Shown here: piece by piece, positions 7,960 to 16,834 of the stretch
Layout: every line of letters begins with the position of its first letter
How positions within the stretch are numbered: position 1 is the first letter of the stretch
Assembly (NCBI GenBank): GCA_046597055.1
Contig: JBKJLC010000011.1
Coordinates: forward strand, 1-30,206
Length of the DNA stretch: 30,206 nt
From: Kofleriaceae bacterium
Lineage (GTDB): Bacteria > Myxococcota_A > Polyangia > Haliangiales > Haliangiaceae
Reading direction: 5' to 3'
Notes under the pieces: model-generated
Databases searched by the model: none
What the model was told of the DNA's origin: nothing
The model's input: the letters and a program-made list of their open reading frames with translations, nothing else
Position numbers and translations under genes: made by a program

Positions 7960-10524
7960 GTGAACGGCGCGTCGCAGATCCTGTTGCGCAAGCTGCTGGA
8001 GCAGGCCGGTGGCACCGCCGAGCCCGGCTATGTCCTCGTGCTCGACGGGGAGGGGCTCGAAGACCTCCCGCCGCAGATGCCGACGCCGCACGGCACCTAC
8101 TCGGTCCACCGGCTCGGCTCCGAGATCCGGCTACGCCACGTGCTGTGGACCGCGCAGGGAGCGCCGGTCATCGCCGTCATCCCGTCGGCGCTGGCGTCGC
8201 GCCTGCCGCCCGACCTGTTCCGCCGCGCGCGCAACCACCGTGTCCATGCGCTGGCGCCCAACGACGTGCTCGAGGTGATCCTTGGCGTGCGGGTGGTGGG
8301 GGCGGACGCCCCGTACCTGCAGGCGCTGGCGCTCGAGCACGTCGACAAGATGAGCCTGGCGCTCAGCCGCCGGACACTTCCGACGGTGGTCGACCGGCGC
8401 TTGCTCATGGAGCTGCTGGTCGACGTCAGCATCGGCGAGGACGTGCGGTTGCTGCAGCCGGCGCTGCTGCTGGCGCAGTGGGTCAAGGAGCCGCCGGTCT
8501 GGTCCGACAACGTGCGGCGGCTGGTGGTCGACGCGCTGCCGACGCTGCATGGCGACGAGGGGCGGCTGCTGGCCTGGGCCGCCGGCAGCGAGCAGGTGCG
8601 CGAGCGGCTGCGGGCGCTGATGGTGCATGGCGCGGTGCTGACGGTCGACGCCGACGAGGTGCCCAGGGACGCGTGGGGGCCGCTGTGGAATGCCGCGGTC
8701 GAGCCGCCGGTCGAGATGGACCGACGCATCTTGCGCCGCACCGTGAGCCGGCTGGTGGAGGACGTCCTCGTCCGGCTCGGCGACGCGGCCGCGCCGCTCC
8801 TGCACGAAGCCGAGGAGATCGGTCGTCGGATGCTGACCCAGCAGGTGGTGGCGACCAGCCGTGTGCTGCCGCTCGCCTTTCACGTCCGGTGCTTCAAGCT
8901 GGCCACGCAGGCCGCCGAGGGCAAGCCGATCGCCGCCGCCGAGCTCGAGTGGCTGCGCAGCCACCGCGCCGCCGCGATGAGCAAGGCCGAGCTGGCGGTG
9001 CTGGAGGCGATGGGACGACTGTCGCGCTACCTCGACGAGCCGCGCACCGCGGGTGCATCGATGGTCGAGCTGGTGACCCGCTACCAGCGCAGCGGCGCCT
9101 TCGCCGACCTGGCCGCGGCCCAGCTCCGCCGCGCGATGGCCGCGAGCGGCCGCTACCTGGCCGAGGCGCGCCAGCTGCTCGCGCGCTGTCGCGAGCGCCG
9201 CGACCAGGACAACCTCGCGTTCGCCCAGGCGCTGGCCGGCGGCTACGAGGCAGCCCTGCACCACGCGGACGCGGTGCCCCTGCACCGGCTGTGGAAGCGC
9301 CTGGTCGCGCCGGTGTGGCAGGAGCGGGCGGACGCGCCGATCTACCTGGTCGTGCTGGACGGCTGTAGCTATCCGGTGTTCCTCGATCTGCTCGGCGAGC
9401 TGGCGCAGAACGCGGCGTTTCCGATCGGCATCCGACCCGACCGCGACGGCCGCGTGGCCGGCATCCCGGCATTGTCGCCGCTGCCCACCATCACCAGCCA
9501 CGCACGCGGCGCCATCTTCCTCGGGGAGCTGCCCCAGGATCCGCTGGTGGCCGAGACCGTCTTCCGCGACCAGCAGGAGGCCCGGACCGACAAGGCGCGG
9601 CTCAACCAGAACGCGGCGCTGGGCACGCGCACCCGCGAGCTGTTCCTCAAGGGCGACCTGGGCGACGGCGGCCAGCGCCTGCTCGACACGCTGCGCAATG
9701 GCAGCGTCCAGGTGGTGGCGGTGGTGTTCAACGCGGTCGATGACCAGATCGGCTCGAGCAACACCGGCGCGGCCATGCGCATCTCGCCCGAGTCGATCAT
9801 GGCCTTCCGGCCCAGCCTCGAGGTCGCCCTGCGCGCCGGCCGTCGGGTGCTGGTGACCGCCGATCACGGCCACAGCCCGTTCATCGACAACACCCTGCGC
9901 GCCGGCGAGGGCGCGACGCCGCGGTACCTGCCGCTGCCCGCGGGTGCGCAGCCGCCCGCCGGCTTCCTGGAGATCGACGTCGGTGGCCTGGGTGGTCCGC
10001 CCGGCCGGCGCGCGTTCGCGTGGAAGAGCGGTGCGTACCTGGGCGGTCAGCAGGTGGGATTTCATGGCGGCTGTGGGCTTGAGGAGATGGTGGTCCCGCT
10101 CGCCTGGCTGGAGGCGAACGGCCTGCAGGCCGACGAGCCCGCCTGGTGGTACGGCCAGGGCGCCCTTCCGATGATCGAGCCGGTGCGCCGCGCGCCCGAG
10201 CCGCCGACGCCGACGCCGCTGCCGACCCCGCGGCCGCAGCTCAATCTGTTCGATGCCGGCGCCAAGGCGAGCGCGTTGCCGATCCCGGCCGACGTGCTCG
10301 CGAAGCTGGCGAACGACGAGCGCAGCTTCCTGGTCCTGCTCAAGGAGAACGGCTCGCTCAAGACCAGCGAGGTGTCGTCGCGGATGAACAAGCCGCCGAA
10401 CCGCGTCAACGGCTTCGTCGCCCAGCTGCGCCGCAAGCTCCATGCCGGCGGAGTCGAGCTGTTCTCGACCGAGTCGTTACCCAGCGGAGAGACCCTGTTC
10501 CGCTACCTCGGAGGTGCGTCGTGA
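7960..10524 (+). CDS. pglZ: BREX-2 PglZ alkaline-phosphatase-fold protein with C-terminal helix-turn-helix-like domain
   Basis: VVLDG, LPTITSHAR, VFNAVDD, VTADHGH and FHGGCGLEEMVVP motifs; Pro-rich linker then a wHTH-like tail; GTG start 2 nt after the pglY stop. Confidence 0.92.
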   Translation: MNGASQILLRKLLEQAGGTAEPGYVLVLDGEGLEDLPPQMPTPHGTYSVHRLGSEIRLRHVLWTAQGAPVIAVIPSALASRLPPDLFRRARNHRVHALAPNDVLEVILGVRVVGADAPYLQALALEHVDKMSLALSRRTLPTVVDRRLLMELLVDVSIGEDVRLLQPALLLAQWVKEPPVWSDNVRRLVVDALPTLHGDEGRLLAWAAGSEQVRERLRALMVHGAVLTVDADEVPRDAWGPLWNAAVEPPVEMDRRILRRTVSRLVEDVLVRLGDAAAPLLHEAEEIGRRMLTQQVVATSRVLPLAFHVRCFKLATQAAEGKPIAAAELEWLRSHRAAAMSKAELAVLEAMGRLSRYLDEPRTAGASMVELVTRYQRSGAFADLAAAQLRRAMAASGRYLAEARQLLARCRERRDQDNLAFAQALAGGYEAALHHADAVPLHRLWKRLVAPVWQERADAPIYLVVLDGCSYPVFLDLLGELAQNAAFPIGIRPDRDGRVAGIPALSPLPTITSHARGAIFLGELPQDPLVAETVFRDQQEARTDKARLNQNAALGTRTRELFLKGDLGDGGQRLLDTLRNGSVQVVAVVFNAVDDQIGSSNTGAAMRISPESIMAFRPSLEVALRAGRRVLVTADHGHSPFIDNTLRAGEGATPRYLPLPAGAQPPAGFLEIDVGGLGGPPGRRAFAWKSGAYLGGQQVGFHGGCGLEEMVVPLAWLEANGLQADEPAWWYGQGALPMIEPVRRAPEPPTPTPLPTPRPQLNLFDAGAKASALPIPADVLAKLANDERSFLVLLKENGSLKTSEVSSRMNKPPNRVNGFVAQLRRKLHAGGVELFSTESLPSGETLFRYLGGAS

Positions 10525-11888
10525 GCCAGGTCGCCGAATCGCGAGAGATCGTGAGCGCGTTGCGCGCCGGGGTGGTGCCGCGGCGCGGCCTGCCCCACTT
10601 CGCCACCGGCCTCGAGGCGCTGGCCAAGGTGGTGTTCGAGGAACTCGACCTGGTCGCCACCGGCAAGGGGGTGTCCAAGTGGCTGCGTGGCGAGTACGGC
10701 ACCGGCAAGACCTTCGCCGCCCGCTATCTATGTGGCGAAGCGCGCGCGCGGGGGTTCGCGACCGCCGAGGTCCAGATCTCGATCAACGACACGCCCTTGC
10801 ACCAGCTCGAGACGGTGTACCGGCGCCTGGTGGAGCGGTTGGAGACCGCGGCCGACGGTCCCAACGCGTTCCAGGCGATCGTCGACGGCTGGCTGTACCA
10901 GCTCGGCGAGGAGGTCCGTCGCGTCAAGGGCCTGAGCGAAGACGACCCCACGTTCGCCGACGCCACCGAGGAGCGGCTCGAGGACAAGCTGGCCGAGCTG
11001 TCGCGCCGCAACCAGGCGTTCGCGCAGGCGCTGCGCGGCTATCACCGCGCGCTGCACGCCGGCGAGTTCGCGACCGCGCAGGGTCGGCTGGCGTGGCTAG
11101 CCGGCCAGCCGCACACCGACCGCAGCGTGATGACCGGCACTGGCATCACCGGCAAGGTCGACGGCCAGGCGGCGCTCACCTTCCTCGCCGGCGTGCTCAT
11201 GCTGCTCCGCCAGTCGGGCTACCGCGGGCTGGTGGTGGTGCTCGACGAGGTCGAGACCATCCAGCGCATGAACGCGCAGACGCGCATGAAGGCGCTGATC
11301 GAGCTGCGCCACCTGATGGACATGCTGGCCAACGAGGAGCTGCCCGGTCTGTACGTGCTGGTGACCGGCACCCGCGACTTCTTCGAGGGCTACAAGGGCC
11401 TAAAACAAGAGCCCGCCCTGTACGGCCGCGTGCACGTGAAGTTCGGCGACGACCCGCGCTGGGACAACCTGCGCGCCGAGCAGGTGCGGCTCTTGCCGTT
11501 CGACGAGGACCGGCTGTTCAAGGTCGGGCAGCGGGTGCGCGACCTCTACCCCACCGAGCAAGCGTCGCGCATCCACGAGAAGGTGAGCGACGGCTTCCTG
11601 CGCTCGCTGGTCGCGCAGGTGACCACCGGCTTCGGCGGCAAGGTCGCGGTGGCGCCCCGGATGTTCCTGCGCGAGCTGACCGACGTGCTGGATCGCGTCG
11701 ACCAGCACCAGGACTTCGACCCGCTCGCCCACTACAAGCTGACGATGGACGCGGGCCAGCTCAGCCCCGAGGAGCTGGCGGCCGCGCGCGGCGAGGCGAT
11801 GCCGGCGGTGCCAGACGAGCCGGAGGACCCGGACGCGCCTGATGGCACGTCCCCGCCGGCGCCGGCGGCGAAGCGGCTGGACGGGTAG
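10521..11888 (+). CDS. brxD: BREX system ATP-binding protein BrxD
   Basis: GTG overlapping the pglZ stop; ALRAGVVPRRGL, Walker A GEYGTGKTF, Walker B VVVLDEVE, VTGT; position between pglZ and the helicase. Confidence 0.92.
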   Translation: MSQVAESREIVSALRAGVVPRRGLPHFATGLEALAKVVFEELDLVATGKGVSKWLRGEYGTGKTFAARYLCGEARARGFATAEVQISINDTPLHQLETVYRRLVERLETAADGPNAFQAIVDGWLYQLGEEVRRVKGLSEDDPTFADATEERLEDKLAELSRRNQAFAQALRGYHRALHAGEFATAQGRLAWLAGQPHTDRSVMTGTGITGKVDGQAALTFLAGVLMLLRQSGYRGLVVVLDEVETIQRMNAQTRMKALIELRHLMDMLANEELPGLYVLVTGTRDFFEGYKGLKQEPALYGRVHVKFGDDPRWDNLRAEQVRLLPFDEDRLFKVGQRVRDLYPTEQASRIHEKVSDGFLRSLVAQVTTGFGGKVAVAPRMFLRELTDVLDRVDQHQDFDPLAHYKLTMDAGQLSPEELAAARGEAMPAVPDEPEDPDAPDGTSPPAPAAKRLDG

Positions 11889-11893
11889 GCCGC

Positions 11894-14623
11894 ATGGCGG
11901 GCCTCGATCGCCTTCACCCGCACCTGCAGCACGCGATCGTCCACGACCTGGGCTGGCGCTCGCTGCGGCCGGTGCAGGAGCTGACCATCGAGGCGGTCCT
12001 CGACGGCGCCAATGCGGTCGTGCTCGCGCCGACCGCGGGCGGCAAGACCGAGGCGAGCATGTTCCCGGTGCTGTCGCGCATCCTCGCCGAGGAGCCGCCG
12101 CCGGTCGCCGCGCTGTACCTGTGCCCGATCCGCGCGCTCCTCAACAACCAGGAGGAGCGCATCGGCGGTTACGCGCGCATGGTCGGCCTGTCGGCGTTCA
12201 AGTGGCACGGCGACGTGTCCGACTCGCGCAAGAAGACGTTCCGCGCTGCGCCCAGCCACGTGCTGATGACCACGCCCGAGTCGCTCGAGGTCATGATGAT
12301 CAGCGAGCGCACCGACGCGCGCGCGCTGCTCGGCGGACTGCTGACCGTCGTGATCGACGAGGTCCACGCGTTTGCCGGCGACGATCGCGGCGCCCACGTG
12401 GTGGCGCTGCTCGAACGGATCGTCCAGCTGGTCGGCCGCGATATCCAGCGCATCGGCCTGTCCGCCACGGTCGGCAATCCTCACGTCATCGGCCAGTGGA
12501 TGCAGGGCTCGAGCGAGCGCCCGTTCCGGCTGGTCGACCCACCGCGCGGGCCTGCGGCGCGCGACCTGGTCGTCGACGCGTGCGCCGATCTCGACGAAGC
12601 GGCTCGCGGCATCGCGCAGCTCGGCCGGGGCAAGAAGAGCCTGGTCTTCGTCGAGAGCCGCGCCCGGGCCGAGAAGGTGGCCCAGGCCATGGCCGGCGGC
12701 GGCGTGGAGGTCTTCATCCACCACAGCTCCGTCAGCCGCGGCGAACGCGAGCTCGCCGAGCAGCAGTTTGCCCACGGCCAGAACACCGCGATCGTGTGCA
12801 CGGCGACCATGGAGCTCGGCATCGACGTCGGCGACCTCGACCAAGTCCTGCAGGTCGACGCCCCGGCCACGGTTGCCTCGATGCTCCAGCGGATCGGCCG
12901 CACCGGTCGCCGCGAGAACCGACGCGCCAACTGCACCTTCTTCTGCCTGACGCCCGAGTCGGTGCTGCAGGCGGTGGCCATGACGCGACTGGCCAGCACC
13001 GGCTGGGTCGAGGACGTCAAGCCGGCCGAGCACGCCGTCCACATCCTCGCCCACCAGATCATGGCGCTCGGCCTGCAAGAGGGCGGGGTCTCGCGGCACC
13101 GCGTTTTCGACTGGGTCCGCGAAGCGTATCCGTTCGGCGGCATCGGCGAGGGCGAGCTGGCGCGGCTGGTGGAGACCATGGTGTCGCGCGAGATCCTCTA
13201 CGAAGCCGACGGCCTGCTCAGCCTCGGCACCCGCGGCGAGAAGCTCTACGGCCGCAAGAACTTCTTCGAGCTCTACGCCGTCTTCGCGTCGCCGCCGGTG
13301 CTTCGCGTCCACCACGGTCGCGACGAGGTCGGCTTCGTCCAGGCCGGCTTCGTCCAGGGCCACGACGAGCGCAAGGGCCCCCTCTGCTTCCGCCTCGGCG
13401 GCCGGCCCTGGCAGGTCGTCGACATCGACTGGTCCCGCGGCACCATGGCCGTCAAACCCGGCTCGGCGGCCGGCGTCCCCAACTGGATCGGCGCCCCCGG
13501 CGTCCTCTCGTTTGCGGTGTGCCAGGCCATGCGCGCGACGCTCCTGGACGAGAGCACCGGAACCACCACACTGACCCCCGCCGCGCAGACCGAGCTCCGC
13601 GCGCTGCGGGAGGGCTACGCCGGCCTGCTGGAGCTGTCGGCGGCCCCGCTGGAGTCCGCGGGCGACACCCTCCAGTGGCACACCTTCGCCGGTGGCGCGA
13701 TCAACCGCCTGCTTGCCGCCGGGCTCGAGGAGCTCACCCACAAGAAGTGGATCTCCGGAAACCTCACCATTCGCTCGAAGGAAGCCGGGGTCGCCGAGAC
13801 CCACCAGGCCCTCGCCCAGCTCGCCCGCCTGCGCTGGGAGCCCATCGCCACCGCCAAGGCCCACGCGATGGTCCGCGGCATCATCAGCAAGTTCCAGCCC
13901 TGCCTCCCCGACGACGCCGAAGATCGGCTCCTGGCCGAGAAGCTCCTCGACCTCCCCGGCACCCTCCGCTTCCTCGCCCGTACCCGCGGCGCCAGCGCGC
14001 AGTCCGTTGCCGCCGGCCCCCGCCTGGTCGACGCGCCGGTCGACGACATCCCCGAGCTCCAGCCCGAGCTCGTCATCCCGCCCGGGGTGGCCGCGTACGT
14101 ACCCAAGAATCCGATCGTCTGGGTCGACCAGCCGTCCGACCTCGTCGCGGCGTGCGACGCCATGGCCACCGAGCCCGTCCTCGGCCTCGACGTCGAGACC
14201 GCCCTCGACTTCACGACCTGCTGCCTGATCCAGGTCGCCGCGCCCGACCGCACCTGGCTGATCGATCCCCTCGCCCTGCCCGACCTGGCGCCCCTCGCGC
14301 CGATCCTCGCCAGCCCATCCATCACCAAGGTCATCCACAACGCCCGCTTCGAGCGGCGCGTCCTCGCCAAGCTCGGCTTCGCGCTCGACGGCGTGGTCGA
14401 CACCCTCGCCGCCTCGCGCGCCCGCCACGGCCGCGACGCACCCGGCGGCCACAGCCTGTCCGTCGTCGTCCACCGCGAGCTCGGCGTCTATCTGGACAAG
14501 ACCCAGCAGACGTCCAACTGGGGCCGGCGGCCGCTGGACGAACCGCAGCGCTGGTACGCCGCGGCCGACGCCGAGACCGTCATGGCCGTGCACCGCGCGC
14601 TGGCGGGCGGCCAGGACGAATGA
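11894..14623 (+). CDS. brxHI: BrxHI Lhr-like DEAD/DEAH helicase fused to a C-terminal RNase D-like 3'-5' exonuclease
   Basis: APTAGGKTE, TTPESLE, DEVH, SAT, MELGIDVGD, QRIGRTGRR. The last ~170 aa contain LGLDVET, HNARFE, VDT, SL and QTSNWGRRPL...YAAAD. Confidence 0.88.
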   Translation: MAGLDRLHPHLQHAIVHDLGWRSLRPVQELTIEAVLDGANAVVLAPTAGGKTEASMFPVLSRILAEEPPPVAALYLCPIRALLNNQEERIGGYARMVGLSAFKWHGDVSDSRKKTFRAAPSHVLMTTPESLEVMMISERTDARALLGGLLTVVIDEVHAFAGDDRGAHVVALLERIVQLVGRDIQRIGLSATVGNPHVIGQWMQGSSERPFRLVDPPRGPAARDLVVDACADLDEAARGIAQLGRGKKSLVFVESRARAEKVAQAMAGGGVEVFIHHSSVSRGERELAEQQFAHGQNTAIVCTATMELGIDVGDLDQVLQVDAPATVASMLQRIGRTGRRENRRANCTFFCLTPESVLQAVAMTRLASTGWVEDVKPAEHAVHILAHQIMALGLQEGGVSRHRVFDWVREAYPFGGIGEGELARLVETMVSREILYEADGLLSLGTRGEKLYGRKNFFELYAVFASPPVLRVHHGRDEVGFVQAGFVQGHDERKGPLCFRLGGRPWQVVDIDWSRGTMAVKPGSAAGVPNWIGAPGVLSFAVCQAMRATLLDESTGTTTLTPAAQTELRALREGYAGLLELSAAPLESAGDTLQWHTFAGGAINRLLAAGLEELTHKKWISGNLTIRSKEAGVAETHQALAQLARLRWEPIATAKAHAMVRGIISKFQPCLPDDAEDRLLAEKLLDLPGTLRFLARTRGASAQSVAAGPRLVDAPVDDIPELQPELVIPPGVAAYVPKNPIVWVDQPSDLVAACDAMATEPVLGLDVETALDFTTCCLIQVAAPDRTWLIDPLALPDLAPLAPILASPSITKVIHNARFERRVLAKLGFALDGVVDTLAASRARHGRDAPGGHSLSVVVHRELGVYLDKTQQTSNWGRRPLDEPQRWYAAADAETVMAVHRALAGGQDE

Positions 14624-14680
14624 GCTGCACGCTCGGCTGATCCATCGAACGAACCGGCGACGCACGATAGGCTCGCGCCG

Positions 14681-15613
14681 ATGACGACGCTGCGCCCGCT
14701 CGCCGCCGATGACCTGCCCGCCTTGCTGGCGCTCCAGCATCGCGACGCCGGTCCCGATCACCGCCTGTCGGCGGTCGAACTGCACGACCAGCTCCACGAC
14801 GCGGGTCGCGGGCACGGGCGCCAGGTGGTGGTGGCAACCCGGGCCGGGCACATCGTCGGCGGTGCCGGCTGGGTCGAGGCCGCCCCGTGGTGCTTCGGGT
14901 CGCCGGTCATCGCCGCCGATGACGAGGCCGCGACCCTCCTGATCGCGCACGTCGTCGCACGGGCGCACGCGGTCGGCGCGCGCCACCTGCGCATCAGCGC
15001 GCTGGCCGCCGAGACCGCGAAGCGCACCGCGCTGGCCGCGGCCGGGTTCGCGGCCGCGCTCGACTTCATCACGGTGGTCCGTGCGGTGACCGCGGGCGAC
15101 GGCACCGCGTGGTCGCGACCGTGGCGCCGGATCGGCTGGGGCGAGCTCGATGTCGACGCGCTCACCGATGTCCACAACGACACCTTCGCGGGCGTCCCCA
15201 ACTCGGTCGACGCCACCGCGGCCGAGCTCCGCGAGCAGCTCGACGGCCCGCGGGTCGATCGATCCGCGACCGCTGCCTATGTCGACGACGCCGTCGACCG
15301 CGCGCGCTACCTCGCCTTCGTGCAGGTCGAGCGCGACCACGCCGATCGCGGCCCGGTCGCGACCCTCGCCACCATCGGCGTCCGCGCCGCCGCCCGCGGC
15401 CGCGGCGATGCCGCCGCGATCGTCGACGACGTGCTCGCCCGGGTCGCCTCCGACGTGCGCGAGGCCCGCGCCCTGATCGCCTCGACCAACCTGGCATCAC
15501 TCGGCCGGTTCCACCGCCTCGGCTTCGTCGAGCCCGCCCGCCGCACCGTCTACCAGCTCGACCTCCCGGCCGCCGCCGCCCCGGCTGGCTCGGGCGTGCC
15601 GCACGGGACCTGA
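14681..15613 (+). CDS. GNAT family N-acetyltransferase (tandem GNAT)
   Basis: MTTLRPL start; C-terminal IGVRAAARGRGDA acetyl-CoA motif and NLASLGRFHRLGF; degenerate N-terminal GNAT repeat. Confidence 0.8.
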   Translation: MTTLRPLAADDLPALLALQHRDAGPDHRLSAVELHDQLHDAGRGHGRQVVVATRAGHIVGGAGWVEAAPWCFGSPVIAADDEAATLLIAHVVARAHAVGARHLRISALAAETAKRTALAAAGFAAALDFITVVRAVTAGDGTAWSRPWRRIGWGELDVDALTDVHNDTFAGVPNSVDATAAELREQLDGPRVDRSATAAYVDDAVDRARYLAFVQVERDHADRGPVATLATIGVRAAARGRGDAAAIVDDVLARVASDVREARALIASTNLASLGRFHRLGFVEPARRTVYQLDLPAAAAPAGSGVPHGT

Positions 15614-15814
15614 GCGACTCAGGCGATCACTGACCGCGGTGGTGCCATCTCGATCCCCGCTCGCGCGACGCCGGCCGCAGCTGACATGCTCGCGAGGTGC
15701 GGACGGTGACGGCACCCGGGCGGGTCGCGGAGGACCCGGCGGGCCGAGGCCCGGCTCCTTCATGAGACCGCCGGATCGCGAAGATGGTCAGAAACCGCGG
15801 CACCGCTCTCGAGC

Positions 15815-16489
15815 TCAGCGCGTCACGACCGGGTCGCCCGCGGTCAACGTCATCGCCGCGTCCTCGTCCATCTCGAACACCTGCGTGGCGAAGTACCGGC
15901 TGCCGCGAAAGTTGGGCGCGAGCAGCTCCAGGAACGCGCGTCCGGCCTCGCGCGTGACCCAGGTTCCCTGGGGGCCCGGAAGTCTCGCCACGTCATCGTC
16001 CGCGAGCTTCGCGTGGTTCGCCGAGGGCGCGACCGTCACGACCTTCCCCGCCGGCGTGAGCACGAGACGCGCGACCACCTCCTCGCGCTGGCCGTCGAAG
16101 GCCCGCAGCTCCACCACAGACACCTTGCGCACGGCGGCAGCGGCGTGCGGTCGTCGCCGGACCGCTTCGTCGAGCGCATCGGGGAGCGCGGTGAGCTGCC
16201 GCGCGTCGACGACGAGGTCCGCTGGCCACCAGTCGGGGACGAGGGCAGAGGCGTGCACGAACGTGCGGCAGTTGCTGCACCACTCCCATGACGCCCCGGT
16301 CGCCACGAACCGCTCGCCCCCCGACTCCCGGTCAACCGGCCGCCCCACCTGGTAGTAGCGATGAAGCTGCGGTTCCTCGCACCCCGGGCACGCGCCCGCG
16401 ACATCAGCGCCGTTGCGCGACGCCCCGAACACCGCGTACCAGCGCGGCAACAGCTCGCCCGGGACACTCTTCCACTGATTCGTGGTCAT
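15815..16489 (-). CDS. Hypothetical two-domain protein with a zinc-ribbon-like N-terminus (possible immunity protein)
   Basis: GAGGAG RBS upstream of the ATG at 16489; CPGC and CSNC pairs; protein-like composition. Confidence 0.65.
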   Translation of the reverse strand: MTTNQWKSVPGELLPRWYAVFGASRNGADVAGACPGCEEPQLHRYYQVGRPVDRESGGERFVATGASWEWCSNCRTFVHASALVPDWWPADLVVDARQLTALPDALDEAVRRRPHAAAAVRKVSVVELRAFDGQREEVVARLVLTPAGKVVTVAPSANHAKLADDDVARLPGPQGTWVTREAGRAFLELLAPNFRGSRYFATQVFEMDEDAAMTLTAGDPVVTR

Positions 16490-16742
16490 GGTGACGTCTC
16501 CTCGAGCCGCGGAGCCAGCGCTCGAGTGCGTTGCCGGCACCATATACCGAGTCGTCGTCCATCGACGACGAGTCCCGCGCGTGGCTCAGCTCATGCGCGA
16601 ACGTGTTCGCGAGCGTGGGCTCGTCGACGAACGCATCGCGGCCGATGCGGATGGTCATGCCGCCCTCGGCTTCCCGGGTGCCCACGAGCGTGCCGGGCGG
16701 CAGCGATGGATCGAAGACGGGCTTGATACCGCGCAGGTTCAT
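16404..16742 (-). pseudogene. Orphan C-terminal tip of a polymorphic toxin with an HExxH metallopeptidase-like motif
   Basis: IRIGRDAFVDEPTLANTFAHELSHARD...GNALERWLRG. No signal peptide or delivery domain; the frame runs 86 nt into the downstream gene. Confidence 0.5.
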
Positions 16743-16834
16743 CCCGTAGCGGGAGGTGCCAACGGACGCGCCGACGCGAGCTGCCGGTCCTTGCCGCCGG
16801 GAGCCGCGCCTCGCTCACGTACCGTGCGAGCCGC

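Larger units (their letters stand above)
2..14623 (+). other. Type 2 BREX (Pgl) anti-phage operon: pglX - DUF1016 - pglY - pglZ - brxD - brxHI(+exonuclease); pglW expected upstream of the window
   Basis: Gene order and motifs match BREX type 2. Junctions are 1 nt, ATGA overlap, 2 nt, GTGA overlap and 5 nt, indicating one operon. Confidence 0.93.

Noticed and set aside
11732..15340. Very long antisense ORFs (also 1922..3292, 4241..5644, 5654..7834, 8131..10443, 16838..19237)
   Set aside because: Shadow frames of high-GC3 genes; no recognisable motifs, and they lie opposite well-supported CDSs.
14681..15613. GNAT as a BREX component or TA toxin
   Set aside because: Separated by 57 nt with its own -10-like element, tandem-GNAT architecture, and no antitoxin partner.
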